Source: Octopus sinensis
Taxonomy: Eukaryota
Direction of reading: 5' to 3'
DNA: 64,000 bases
NCBI RefSeq assembly: GCF_006345805.1
Contig: NC_042997.1
Span: forward strand, 992,001 to 1,056,000
In this document: positions 13,520-26,697 of the stretch, in pieces
Position numbering within the stretch: the first letter of the stretch is position 1
Layout of the letters: the number at the start of each line of letters is the position of its first letter
Position numbers and translations under genes: made by a program
Notes under the pieces: generated by a model
Seen by the model: the letters and a program-made list of their open reading frames with translations, nothing else
Databases searched by the model: none
What the model was told of the DNA's origin: nothing

Positions 13520-13710
13520 TATTCTCTTGTGTCTGGGGAAAGGCATTCTCTTTTTGTGCCTTATAATGTAACACACTCACCGGTAAAATTTCCATTTATC
13601 TTAGGAAGGCTGTTGAAAATTTTAGGAAAATAAAATAAAAAATAAGTGGAAATTTTACCGGTGTAAAAAGGCACAAAAATAAAATGACTCTCCCCAGACA
13701 CAACAGAATA
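13520..13710. repeat. Inverted repeat (~70-80 bp arms, ~45 bp spacer)
   Basis: 13520-13598 is the reverse complement of 13643-13710 apart from one ~11-bp indel and a few substitutions. Confidence 0.85.
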
Positions 13711-15074
13711 TCCTTTAGTTGATATCTATCAAGTGAAATCGAACCATAGTTAATTACATGTAATCACGATACATTTAATGCGACATAAAAACTGATAGAC
13801 GCCAAGTAAACAGGGATAAGACATGTAATTAATTAGATAGGAAATGTGCTCTTTTGACGTTCTGAAAGTGTCGTCCTAGCCTATTTTTATACGTATCTAG
13901 GGACAATTTATGTATCATTGTTGAGAAAAACTGTCCACTTCTTTTAGAGAGTTTCAAGCAACTTGATAATAAAAACTATAAGTTGTAAGCCGCAAGAGAA
14001 AGAGAATATTAAGTTTTGCACCAAAAAGAACCTGATTGGATGAATCGCTCAGCATTTAGATTTTGTGTCGGCATTTTGCAACTTATTGGTAAATTTACAA
14101 AAACGCAAAGAAAATTATTAAAAAAGAAATCAATAAATAAATGAATAACCGATATAAAATAACATGAAATTAATATATAAAATAAATACATACTCAACAT
14201 TTCAACAATAAAAGAATTGAAAATCAAAGATGAATAACGCGGAGGAATAACTCTTGAATTTTTAAACAAAAGGAATTATATAAAATTTCACATTTGAATA
14301 ATTTAGTTCCTGAAATTTTGAAATTTTATTGTCAGAGAGGTTCTTTAGATCAGAAAATTAGAAGAAAATTCTTAATGTATTAACATTTTTTTGTGTAAAT
14401 TGAAAATTGGAATAAAGCAGCTTTAAATATATTTTATGGCACGTCGAAACATTTCCGGTTAAAATTCAATTGGGTTCAGAATTTTAAATGAGATAGAAAA
14501 GCAAAGAATACAAAAAGAAAAAATTAATTCAATCAATATTTTTGAGCGCGTCTAAGATTTTTATAAAAGAAATAACTTAAACATTTAATTCTTTTCTTAG
14601 ATGTTTATTAAATTTAGCAATATAATAAATATGAATAAATAACTTAAAATGTGTAAGTAGTCATTTAATGAAAGAATGTATACTTGTGAGTAAAGATGTT
14701 GATACCACGTTCAATTGCCTGTTACTAACAAGGGAGCAAACATATTTTTCACATAAAATTATGTACGAAGCTTTAACCCAATTTTTATACGATATGCAAT
14801 ATTAATTAAAGATCACGATCACTGTATCAGTCCAAATTAATTTGTAAGAAATTTTAGAGCTAAAGTTCAACTAGATCTATACAATTTTATGATCAAAAGG
14901 TGATGGAATTTTGTACTTGTAGAGTCATGCCGACTACAGAAAGTACATGTATTGCTCATATCAAGAAAACTCGTCGCATTCTACTTGTTTAAACACGAAA
15001 GTCACACAACTAAATCTCAAATGATTGCTCCGATACATACGTTTCACTATCACAGGTTCACTAATTCTTTTATT

Positions 15075-15334
15075 CTTTCGTTCTTTTATTTGTTTCAGTC
15101 ATGTGAGTGTGGCCATGCTGGAGCACCGCCTTTAGTCGAGTAAATCGACCTCAGGCCTTATTCTTTGTAAGCCTAGTAATTATTGTATCGGTCCCTCTTG
15201 CCGAACTGCTAAGTGACGGGAACGTAAACACACCAGCATCGGTTGTCAAGCGATATTGGGAGGACACACACAGACACACAAACATATGCATACATGCATT
15301 CATACATACATACATACATACATACATACATACA

Positions 15335-15369
<35 letters not shown>

Positions 15370-15568
15370 GTATGTATGTATATATATATATATATATATA
15401 TATACGATGGGCTTCTTTCAGTTTCCGTCTACCAAATCCACTCACAAGGCTTTGGTCGGCCCGAGGCTATAGTAGGAGTCACTTGCACAAGGTGGTCACG
15501 CAGTGGGACTGAACCCGGAACCATGTGGTGGGTAAGCAAGCTACTTACTACACAGCCACTCCTGCGCC
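15075..15568 (-). mobile_element. tRNA-derived SINE, full length, with expanded internal (CATA)n(TA)n
   Basis: Minus-strand head aggcgcaggagtggctgtgtagtaag (A-box-like) and ggttcagtccc (B-box-like), then caccttgtgcaagtgact (CORE-like) and tail ggtgctccagcatggccac...tgactgaaacaaataaaaga. Confidence 0.9.
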
Positions 15569-15584
15569 TGGATGATCACACGTG

Positions 15585-15748
15585 TTTGACAGGCTTCTTA
15601 TAGTGTCTGTCTACCAAGACCACTCACAAGGCATTGGGCAGCCCAATGCTATAGTAAAATTACGCTTGCCCAAGGTGATATCCAGTGGAACTGAACCCAG
15701 AACCATGTGGTTGGGAAGCAAGCGTCTAACCACATAGCCACGCCATTG
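15585..15748 (-). mobile_element. SINE 5' half, more diverged
   Basis: tggttagacgcttgcttcccaaccacatggttctgggttcagttccactgg...caccttgggcaag on the minus strand. Confidence 0.8.
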
Positions 15749-15766
15749 CCTATGTGGTAAGACGTG

Positions 15767-16101
15767 TGTCCGGTTTATTCTATTAATTATACGTTAATGT
15801 AGATTTCTTACCAATCTACATCCTTTTCTCTATAGAATAAAAGTCAGAAATTACGTAGCAATTGTTTTATACTCCCTTTTCTCTTTTTTTTATTCTTTTC
15901 ACTTGTTTCAGTCATTTGACTGTGGCCATGTTGGAGCACCGCCTTTAGTCGAGCAAATAGACCCCGGGACTTATTCTTTGTAAGCCCAGTACTTATATCA
16001 GTTTACTTTGCCGAACCGCTAAGTGACGGAGACGTAAACACATCAGCATCGGTTGTCAAGCAATGCTAGGGGGACAAACACAGACACACAAACACACAGA
16101 C

Positions 16102-16132
<31 letters not shown>

Positions 16133-17308
16133 TACGACAGGCTTCTTTCAGTTTCCGTCTACCAAATCCCCTCACAAGGCATTGGTCGGCCCGGGGCTAT
16201 AGCAGAAGACACTGGCCCAAGATGCCACGCAGTGGGACTGAACCCGGGACCATGTGGTTGGTTAGCAAGCTACTTACCACACAGCCACTTCTGCGTCTTA
16301 TGTACACTTTCCTAATGTAACATACCCTTTCTTTGTAATTATGCTATGAATATAGTTATGCATAAAATCATAATGATAAAATTAATAAAGATTTTGGCAA
16401 AAAATAACTTAATGAAAACAATTAGAAAATAACAGATAACTTAAAACACCGGTACGCGTTTGGTATCTACATCTCATTTACGGTTCACATAGTGTAGATA
16501 AATGTTTTAAAAATATATATAACGATTAATATTTCCAAAGAGAAAAAAGGGCATGATTCTGTGATGAAATAATGATTTATTACTAATTTCCATATGGATA
16601 AGGTACATCTGCATTTGAAATCATATAACGTTTCTACTTGCAATATAATTTGCCCGTAACAGCTCAGAGGAAACCAGTCAGTAGAATTTTATAGTCTCTA
16701 CATCTTTGAATTGAGGAAAATAATTGGGTTAAGAAAATTAAAAGTATTATACATAAAATGCAGCATAACACATTTTTTATAAAGAAAATTAGAAGCGTAT
16801 CTCAATCACGTTTCTCAACGCCTATAAATTCTAAAATGTGTTCAATATGTGTGAACCTTTTGATAATGGAGTGGTCCGGTTCCAGCTACTTGCATAATAG
16901 AGCGTCATTTCCCATTTGAATGCAATCGACACTTGTGACTAAGGCCGTATGGAATTAAATATCACACTCTTCTAAGAGCATTAATTTCGAGCTGTGACTT
17001 TTTTTGCATACACACTTTCGGAAAAACAGTCCGCAAATTGCCAATTAGACTGATGCTGACCAACTATCGAAGGTTGTGTGGCTTGTTTCGCTGTAGAGAT
17101 ATTGTACTCAGTATATGCATATTATATATACGTTTAACTGCTATATTTCACTTTGGTGAGAAGTGTTGCTGTATGATAGATATTAAATTCCATCAGCAGT
17201 GTACATAAAACAATTGCTACGAAATTTCTAACTTTTATTCTCTAGGGAAAAGGGTGTAGATTGGTGAAAAATCTACATTAATATATAATTAATAGAATAA
17301 ACCGGACA
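15767..17308. repeat. Dispersed inverted pair of a ~104-bp repeat (15767-15870 and 17205-17308)
   Basis: tgtccggtttattctattaattata...gtagcaattgttttat and its reverse complement, about a dozen mismatches by eye. Confidence 0.85.
15893..16296 (-). mobile_element. tRNA-derived SINE, full length
   Basis: Same family as 15075-15568, with a short internal (TA)n. Confidence 0.9.
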
Positions 17309-18369
17309 TATTTATTATAGTACGAAATCAGAATAATTTTAATGAAGTGAAACCCCATAACACACAGAAAATTCATAATTTCATTGCTTTGTATTGAATT
17401 TAAACAACTGATGTATCTGGCATAAGATTTCATATATATAAACAGTGGAATATCCAAGGTAAAGTTAGTTCAATCTAAATTTAGATTTTACTATGAAACC
17501 AGCTTGCTTCTAATGATCAAATATAATTATTTAAATTGAATTTATGTACACTTTAGAAATTACAAACGTTTTCATGTTATTAAAGTTGTTAATTTTTACC
17601 AGCTGAAACACGAAACGCGAATTCATTTATATCTCTAAAGCAATATATTTTAACAGCTTCCTTTAATATTTATCAAAATGAAATACAATGAAAGAAAATC
17701 GAAAATATAATTAAAATACTTCTCATTTGAAGCTCATATAGTTAAGCTTCGAAATATTTAATTGCATAATAACAGCAATATTCTATGTAATGTCTCTCCA
17801 GTATTCATGTCTAATTATTTAAATTCTGATGGTGGAGATGGTGGCGAAAGCGATAAAGGAAAGCGAAAATATATTTTGTAAATGTTGATTAAACTTAGAT
17901 GCGAGATGAATTGCACAAAGTGTTTGCAAATAACTGTTGGACAATAATAAAATATATTTTTCAGATATTGCCACCTAATACGAAGTTTTGTTTTTGTTCA
18001 TTTATCCGCCATAAGATGCAAAAGCTAATGTTCTCTGATCTACTACCAACAAGAAAAAAATGTGTTTATTTATGCAACATATTTGTACATATGTTCTACA
18101 TGGCCATGGACGTCCCTATACAAACACGTTGGCATTGGGCATTTCACTGCCCTTCGTAAAATTAAATTAATCAAGGAAAATCATACAAGCGCACGCAAAC
18201 ATACACACAGTTGCGTACGCTCAGGAAGCACACAGAACTGCGCAAAGATACGGCGTAGGCACAGCTGAGGACCGATTTCCTTCTATATAGACTGATAACG
18301 ACCAGGTGAACAAGTTGGATGGGGAAACAGAGAATTGAGACAGAAGCAAAAGATAAAAAGTGATAAAAA

Positions 18370-18383
18370 GTGCATATGAGAGT

Positions 18384-18433
<50 letters not shown>

Positions 18434-18500
18434 TGTGACAGATAGAGAGAGAGAGAGAGAAAGAAAAAGAGAAAGAAAGAGAGAGAGAGAGAGAATCAAA
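18370..18500. repeat. (GA)n microsatellite
   Basis: Directly visible. Confidence 0.9.
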
Positions 18501-18649
18501 GACAGAGGTAGAGGGCATAAACAATAGATAACTGGGAAAAAATTATTGTGGGAGATATTTTCGAGGAAACGTTCATAGGGATTTTCCCCAGAGGTAAACG
18601 TCAGATACTTTATGATACACATGGATGAAGCGTCCACTTTCTCCTTACG

Positions 18650-19020
18650 AGTTCTCAATGTTAGTGCATTGGCTGTAAATTTCTGTCTCGACATTTCCGG
18701 ATAATGCAAGGTTAGGGACTCGAGAGTTCTGTACAATTATTCTCTTCTCTATAGCACAAAATATACTCGTCCAGATACCCTTTGGAATTATGGGCGAACT
18801 TTCCGCTGATGTCGTATGATGTGCATTTTATATTTCAACTACCAGATGTAGTTTACGAGTTTGTTATTAAATTTATTTCTGATTTGGAAACTCATCCCAA
18901 CGTCGTTAATAAATATCCTTATGCTTGGCATTAAAGAATCCGGTTGATTCTTGTCTTTGCTATAGCATTCACAAAAATACGATCAACAGCGTCTCTCCCT
19001 TATTCAAATGGGCACTCTTC
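18650..19020 (-). mobile_element. Penelope-like GIY-YIG region, highly decayed
   Basis: Minus strand FINDVGMSFQIR..NKLVNYIW*LKYK...SGRVYFVL resembles YIG..TFKxR..T.LS.YIW.LK...C.LCL of Penelope endonucleases. Confidence 0.4.
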
Positions 19021-19899
19021 CTTACTTTACTTAGTATAACCAAGAGAAATAAGTGTGATTATTAACAAAATAGAACACAATTGTCCCCTTGAATGATTTA
19101 TTTGACCTATATTTCTATTTGCCTTTTCCCTCATTGTGCTAAATGTGTTTGTCGATGGCGTAATTATCTTTCCTTAGAGGCTCGCAAAATACTGGATCAT
19201 AAATTATATTTGCTAGAAATAACAACGAACACTATTTCATTTGCAGGGACTTGTACCTGGTCAGTAAATTTGCCAGAAAGTATATACATTTCTACATGAC
19301 ATGAGGTGATCTCTACGTCGTCTATGAATTTGCAGAAAATAACAGTCGATTCTGCTTTAGTTGGGATTCCGATAGTCTCATGCGTTTGGGAGAGCATTTC
19401 CGCTCATGATCCATTAGGAGTTTGTCAGGCAGGTGTTGATATATCATGTTCACTATTGTTCATGTTGAAGGTTTTCACATAATTGGCGGGCATTTTGAAA
19501 CATTGTTAGTTTCAGTTTGTCTGTTGTTACGAGGCGTGGTCTTCCTTTTGTTAGGTGAAATGCTAGTTACTGCTTTGATACAATCATTTTTTTTGCTTGT
19601 GTCTGGAAGTTTTCTTGAGGATTGTAAATCATTTTCGGTAATATCCATAGGTATCATCTGGTCGTGTTATTTTCCATTTTCCACACATCAGTAACTGCTT
19701 TAGAATACCTCACCTCAAAACTTTTCTGTGTGATTTTCCACTTGCTTTAAACTGACATTTCTCACCGAATTGTTGCCTCAAAACAGCTTGCTTCTTCAGT
19801 ATTCGATCTTGTATGCTGTCCCTGCTTTTATAGCAAGTTGTTGCAAGTAGTTTATCCCATACCTCTCCGATTTTTAGTTCATGCAATTGAAAAACGAGA

Positions 19900-21000
19900 T
19901 TATTTATGGGTTAATCCAATATTCTTTAAACTACTTTCCTCGTGTTCATGACTTCTCTATAGCAAAAATTCATTTAGAGCCACGCTACGGTCATTACAAT
20001 CAATATGTCCCACATGTGTATCCACTTATTTTGTTCATTCATTTTTCTCAACTGTTTAGCAACTTTCATTTCGCCTGCTAATATGCTGATATCTTAATTC
20101 GTAGGTAATGTTATAAACTGCGCTGTTTCTCCTTAACTTAGATTCCATGAACTGTCTTGAGTATGGCTAATACCATATCCCTCCTGTTTCATTAATCACT
20201 CTCCCAGTACTGCAACAAATTCTATTTGTCCTCGAAGAACACGATTCTCATTACATTCTCTTCATTGTTGTACACTACTTGCCCACATTACAAATGCAGG
20301 TATTCTATCTCCTCACCAACTATAACAGTCATGCCCTCCTGATTCTTAGAAGAGCTATTGCATCAGTCTGGTTTTGACGTGTTGCTACTTATAGTTTAAT
20401 CTGTCTCTGCTTTTCTCCAATTTCTAAATCAGAGGAATATTTTTTATTCCCGATATCTCTGATCCACTGTGTTTGGTATTCTAATTGTTGTTCATTGTGT
20501 TTAAATTCAAACACATCATTTCACCTGGCATACATTGTTCTTTTTTTCTGAATCCCCGCTACGCTTGACCATTCTTAGAGAACATTCTATTGCTTAATTT
20601 ATTGATTTCCTTCTTGCAATTAGCTTTTTGTACCACAATAATTGAATGCCGATCAGCTAGCCTTGCTATGCTGCAGAACACAAATAGATGGAGACTCCTT
20701 CTACCCGAATTCCCACCCGATTATGCTGATATTGAAACTTGCTATATCAGAATATTGATTTTACGGTTACACTGCGCCAGTATTTTTTTCGGCACAACAT
20801 CTGTATGAGGTTTACCATCCAGAGATAAAACGGTCCTCATGCTCTTGACATAAATCTGATCCCTCAGTTGTTACTGGATTTACTGATACCCTATTTTCAG
20901 ATAGGTTATTGCCAAGGCTAAGAAATCTGTCTGGCCTTAGATTTCCACACCAGCGTCTTACCACTCACAAACTGTTTGATATTTATCGACCGAGGTCAGG
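19900..21000 (-). mobile_element. RTE-like RT, highly decayed
   Basis: Minus-strand remnants WEFG*..CVLQHSKAS*S (cf. CFIDYSKAFDS) and VIVGEEIEYL (cf. I.V.GE.IE.V..F.YLG) in the expected order. Confidence 0.4.
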
Positions 21001-21049
21001 TATTAAGAACAACTCACTCCCGTCAGAGTGTTATAAATGTAATTATAAA

Positions 21050-21051
21050 TA

Positions 21052-21125
<74 letters not shown>

Positions 21126-21157
21126 ACACCACCACTACCACCACCACCACAACAACA

Positions 21158-21208
<51 letters not shown>

Positions 21209-21270
21209 ACTACTACTACTACTACTTGTTCTTGTTCTTCTGTTCTTGTCCTCCTCCTCCTCCTCATCCT
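21050..21270. repeat. (TAC)n with (CAC), (CAA), (GCT), (CCT) blocks: compound trinucleotide repeat
   Basis: Directly visible. Confidence 0.95.
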
Positions 21271-22184
21271 CCTTAATATATTTTGTACGCTCGAGAATGT
21301 TGGTGTTAAAATTGTGCAGGTGCACAATTTTAACAATCCATGTATTTATAAACTGTCTCAAATTATCTTCTCTATTAGCTGAGAAAATTATAAACACATT
21401 ACGATATATGTCTCTGAAGACTGTCATCAATTTATAGCAAAAGCTACGTTATTCGCTTTGAGCAACTCTATGTTCGTCTGACGATTATTCGGTATTTCAG
21501 AATATGACACTTCATGTCAGGATTTAAAAACTCTAAATCTACAATTAGCGTTAAATATTTCTTCGTTCTTCATGTAATGAGTAAATTTCTATTATCAATG
21601 TCCCAAAGATATATACATATATGCGTACACACACACACTCACAAATACATACCTGCATATATATTTATACAAAATTAAGAAGAATGACAACTAAAGTGGA
21701 CTTCTAATACGCTAAATATAGACGTCAAATCGCCATTACCATATTTTCATTTGTCTTGCTTATTTTTACATTTTGGCGTTGTAGTGAAAATTTTTCTTGA
21801 TTAGCTCATTCTTCGTGGTAATTTTTAATATAATTTTTAATCTTCGGATATCTTAAAATGGGCTAAGCCACTGATTTTAATTGATTAATATCAATTTCTA
21901 CCCTCATTATTTAATTTATATTTCGAATTGAAAAGCCGGCATTTTTTATTTACTGCCGACAAGGAGATGCGCTTGCGTGGTAGATTTGAAAGATTAGAAT
22001 GTATAAGCACGGGGCATATACTGGATTGCTTCGTGTATATATATTTAATCTAAGGTGTACCTGCTGAAGAAGACTTCACCTAGCAAATTATTTTATTCGG
22101 TAAAATGAATATTACAGCCGACTAAAGGAAATCTGGTCCTCAGAACTCGTTGCATTCAATAAAACAATGCCACACAATGTGTTT

Positions 22185-23365
22185 ATGGTGCCAAACTCAT
22201 ACCATCATTGGGTCTGCTTGACTGGACGCTTGATGAGATCTGAGCCAATGATGTGAAAACCCCCAAAATACTAAGAAGCACATAATTTCCACATAAACGC
22301 CTCTGCCTAGAACGAAAACGAGGTAGAAGATGCTTAACATTGAACGAAAATGTCTTTGAATGTTGTATTATATCCCTTCGGCAACATCTTTTAACCACCA
22401 AGTGCCGAAGTGCACCCCTTGACCAAATTTGCATACATGAAGCTGATAACATCATAAGACTTGGAAAGCAGCACCTTGAGCTACATTCCTTGTATGGTAA
22501 CCTAGAATACATACCCAAAGAAGTCGCACGATTACACCGCAACGTATCATCAGATGAAGAGATGAACCTGTATGAGCAGAAGACTATGCATGGATATGTT
22601 AGTAGAAAGCTACGAGATGAAAGTAGTATTGGTCATCAAAGTAGCCTATCATAGACAAATAACCGGAGTACTACCTCCAACTTTGAAGGGTATGCTTTTG
22701 CAATCCACGAACAACAAATATCAACCAAATAACTGGTGCACACAAAAGACTGAAATGGGGGAAAAGCAGTAGAATGTGACAACCTATGCAGACTTTGTAG
22801 AGTTAACACCGAAGATATCAGTCACAACATAAGCAGTTGTCCGAAAATGTTATTATGGTATTATCAACCGATAAGACATAATAGTGTAGCTAGGACTCCC
22901 TGTAATGAAATCCGTCACAAGGATAACCCCGAGAACGAAGAGATAAGAACCCAAAGTATGGTAGATGCCATAGCCACTCATGTTAAACAGGAGTACTGGT
23001 TGAATGTACTAGTGAAAACATCAAAAAAATGGAAACACAACAGACCTGATATAAAGATTTTGGGATTGAAAAGAGAAATTGTGCACAGTTGTAGAGATTA
23101 GCTGCTCAGCGGATGTTAACATAAAGCTAAAGGTAAGTGAAAAAGAGAAAATCTACGCTGAACTATTGGGAAATCTGCAGCTACTCTATCCAGATACGAA
23201 GTTCGGATTGATGCCTGTAATTATTGGGGCCCTGGGATATGTAACATACTGCCTAAATACCAATCTTTAAGAATGAGGATTTTCAACAGCAGAAAGGAGA
23301 AAGGTAATTTGTAGACTACAGATCCAATCCATCATTGGAACTGTAAAAAATCTGTAGAACATTTC
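22185..23365 (+). mobile_element. R4/Dong-clade LINE 3' part (zinc knuckle and RLE endonuclease)
   Basis: LLDWTLDEI..DVKT, FEGYAFAIHEQQIST, CRLCRVNTEDISHNISSC (CCHC), HNRPDI, PVIIGALGYVT. Confidence 0.9.
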
Positions 23366-24039
23366 AGAAGTTTATCATTCAAGTATATATGAGCATGTCT
23401 TGATATGCAATTATATGCATGGAAATATATATGTAAAACAAAACATAGAAATCTACACATATACATACATATAACCAAAAATACCCTATTGTTGATGAAA
23501 TTCCAATCTAGGAGGCTTGGATCTAGGTTAGAATCTAGAACTTTCTCTATTGGCAAGAAATCTTGAAATAAAAATGAATAATGACATTGAGAAGTGTCCA
23601 GGGTTCAACCGAACAAATAAAATGTCACAAATCTTGTGACTGAAATCACAATGAATTGGGAAAGTCTTACGACTAAAAACAGATGCATAGAACAGTGACA
23701 AAAGGCAATGCGAAAAACAGAAAGAGTGTGTAACCAAATGCGTTTTGAGACATATGGAAGAGACAAACAAGGAAAATATTTCCGCAGGAGAAAAATATAC
23801 AAATTTTCGTCTGTGTGTACAACTTGAAGGGAGAAATACTGGATACGTGATCATACACAGGAGACAAAAGACTGACATAAAGATGTGGATATCAATAGGA
23901 ACAAGACACAATAAAGGAAGAGAGTGTGAGAAGCAAGAAGAGAGAAGGAAGAAGTGAGAAGCAAGAAGAGAGATGAGAAGATGTAATAGTGAGAGAAAGA
24001 TAGAAGTGAAAATGGTAATTCGAAAGATTGTAGGAGAGA

Positions 24040-24047
24040 AGAAAGGG

Positions 24048-24098
<51 letters not shown>

Positions 24099-24120
24099 CA
24101 GGATAGACGGAACGAGAGAC
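24040..24120. repeat. (GA)n microsatellite
   Basis: Directly visible. Confidence 0.9.
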
Positions 24121-24878
24121 AGAGGTGGAATAGTGTAGTCAAGTGTATTTAGAGAAAATAATATGCCTCATAGGTAGAGAAAACCAAATATGTTTGTGCG
24201 AGAAATGAGAGATGAATAAAATTGTTAAGGTCATGAAGAAACGGGTGCAAGCATGGATAAACCCATTCCCTTTATTCCGTGTATTTTCAGTAGTAAGTGT
24301 TTTCGTCTTGCTTGTGCGTGCATGTGTGTATGTATGCTTCTATACACACAGCGACACATACACATACATACCCACACACACGTACACGCGCGTATATGTG
24401 TGTGTGTGTATGTATGTATGTATGTATGCACCCGTTTCTCGCGTAAAATGCGCGTGTACTCCCACCATGCATATTCTGCAGTACTTCTTTTGAACTTTAA
24501 TTTGCTGAAAAGTCAGTATATATACATGATATGCGTTTTTGCTATTACTACATGGAAGAAGTAAGAAAAATAGAACATTTTGATAAATTTTGATTTAATT
24601 TAGTCAATATCAACTCCTACAGCATATTATTAAACTAAATTAATATCACTGGCAATCAATTTTCACTTACATTGTTTCCTCACCATCAATTTCTATTTGC
24701 CACGCAACATTATCTTCCAATCTATCAATTCTTTCGCAATTTTTCTAATTTCCAGCTGTAATAACAAAAGGGAATCCCATCCATCCTTTATGTATTATAC
24801 CATTTATTAGAATGAAGTGTTGTAAATTTTGCCTGAATCAGTAAGGATATGATTAGGATGAGCCATACACTCGAACTA

Positions 24879-25446
24879 TTAGGTAGTCCGGAAAGTTCAT
24901 GCCGAATTTTAAAGGAAAGATAAAGGTCAATAAATACTTGCCATTATATTTTTAATCAACCAAATATGAACCATTTTGTTGCACAATGCGTCTCCATCTT
25001 TCCTTTAACTTGAAAAAAACCCTCTTCCCAGAATTGAGGGGATTTCATGGCAAAGAATTCATCAAGGAATCTTTTTACGTCATCCAAGGAATTGAAATTT
25101 TTACCATCAAGACTATTCTGCAGAGACCTGAATAAGTGGAAATCCGAAGGAGCAATATCTGCTGAATATGGAGGGTGAGGTAACATATCCCAGCCGAGCT
25201 GCAGCAATTTTTGTCTGGTTCACGAAGCATCAAGTACTCAAAATGAAGTTTCTTATCTTCCCTTTTAAATGGTTACATAATTAACACCAGGTTATAGGAA
25301 CATAAGCCTTCTTCCACGAAAAGATAGCTTAAACTATGCTCTAAATTGAGGTGCAGTCAAACCCTATATTATGGACTCAACCATGTTCTAAAATAAGTCG
25401 GAAGGTAAGCTACTATAAATCGGCACGAACTTTCCGGACAACCCAA
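24879..25446 (-). mobile_element. Internally deleted mariner (568 bp) with both TIRs and TA TSD
   Basis: TA|ttaggtagtccggaaagttcatgccga ... tcggcacgaactttccggacaacccaa|TA. Minus strand joins the N-terminus EDKKLHF.YLML directly to the C-terminus KLLQLGWDMLPHPPYSADIAPSDFHLFRSLQ. Confidence 0.92.
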
Positions 25447-26524
25447 TAGTTTCCACATGTAATCAAATGGTTTATTGATGTAGGCATCCGGTGCCTGTTA
25501 CATTCTTGTTAGCCTACTAAAAATGACAAGTTCTGTGGGATGTTGTTGCAGACTATTTGTTACGTTATCTGTAGCTTTGTCACAAAAAGTATTTAGTATA
25601 ACACTGATTTTGGACTAATCAGCTGCATGCTGATTGCTAACAAAACCAGCCAATTGCTTAGACATTGCAGATCCGCTCATTTCGGTTAGGAAAACCTATG
25701 TGTTTTGTTGCAAATTTAAGCCTTTCAAACAGTGTTTTATGTTTGAATATGTTATATGTAGTTAGTTTACTACCGTTCATAGTTAGCTCGACCACCGTTG
25801 CACAAGTCTGTTCTTGATGCTTCCAGTATTCAACATAGACTCGAATATCGATATGTATTTATCAGTTATAATATATAGACATTATAAAAGTACACATATT
25901 TGTGTATACATTTGTAAATTATATAGATATCGTTATTTTACCCCTATGCTGTTTCAACTACGTATATTGATTTACATACATCATAGTTTCAACGCCAACA
26001 CAGATCATATGATATGGCATTAGCTTAGCCTTCCAAGTTTGCTTTAATAAATACAGAATTTTCTATCGCAAGCGAATGATAAATCCTTCAAATTGAATAG
26101 GTTTTTCTATGCATTCTAAAGACACATGTTGACACGGAGTGTTTCTACAATGTAAAGTGATAGAGTGAGAATTCATAAATATATAAGTTCTTTACGACTT
26201 GCCTTGAAATGCTTGTTAGGAAACAAAACATTTTAAAGGCCAGCACTTGAAACAGCACATGTGAGTTCTCTAAAATCACGAAAATAGGTGTTTCTAATTC
26301 TGCATCAGACTCAAGGCAACTGGAGTGGTTTCCTGTAAGTACACTTCAACTTCTCGATACAGTGCTTAATTAATCCATTGTGTTTATATTATAAAACGTA
26401 GCAGTTGTAAGGAACGACAATGTTTAGAAGCATTCCTGTACTACGCGCAAATATTTTGGTCGCCTATTTAGCTATACATTATGTGTGTATTTATGCTGAT
26501 AAATACATAAGCAATGTGTGTAAG

Positions 26525-26565
26525 TATATACATACATACACACATACATACATACATATACATAA

Positions 26566-26631
<66 letters not shown>

Positions 26632-26641
26632 TATATTATAT

Positions 26642-26685
<44 letters not shown>

Positions 26686-26697
26686 ATATATATAATG
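26525..26697. repeat. (CATA)n/(TA)n microsatellite
   Basis: Directly visible. Confidence 0.95.

Noticed and set aside
13340-13520. Minus-strand 47-codon frame with RFQVKTDEAKDLS resembling the hAT first-D motif
   Set aside because: A single weak motif with no other hAT hallmarks or TIR/TSD.
20909-21437. Poly-Thr/Leu/Ser/Val ORFs of 97-157 aa
   Set aside because: Produced by the (TAC)n trinucleotide array.
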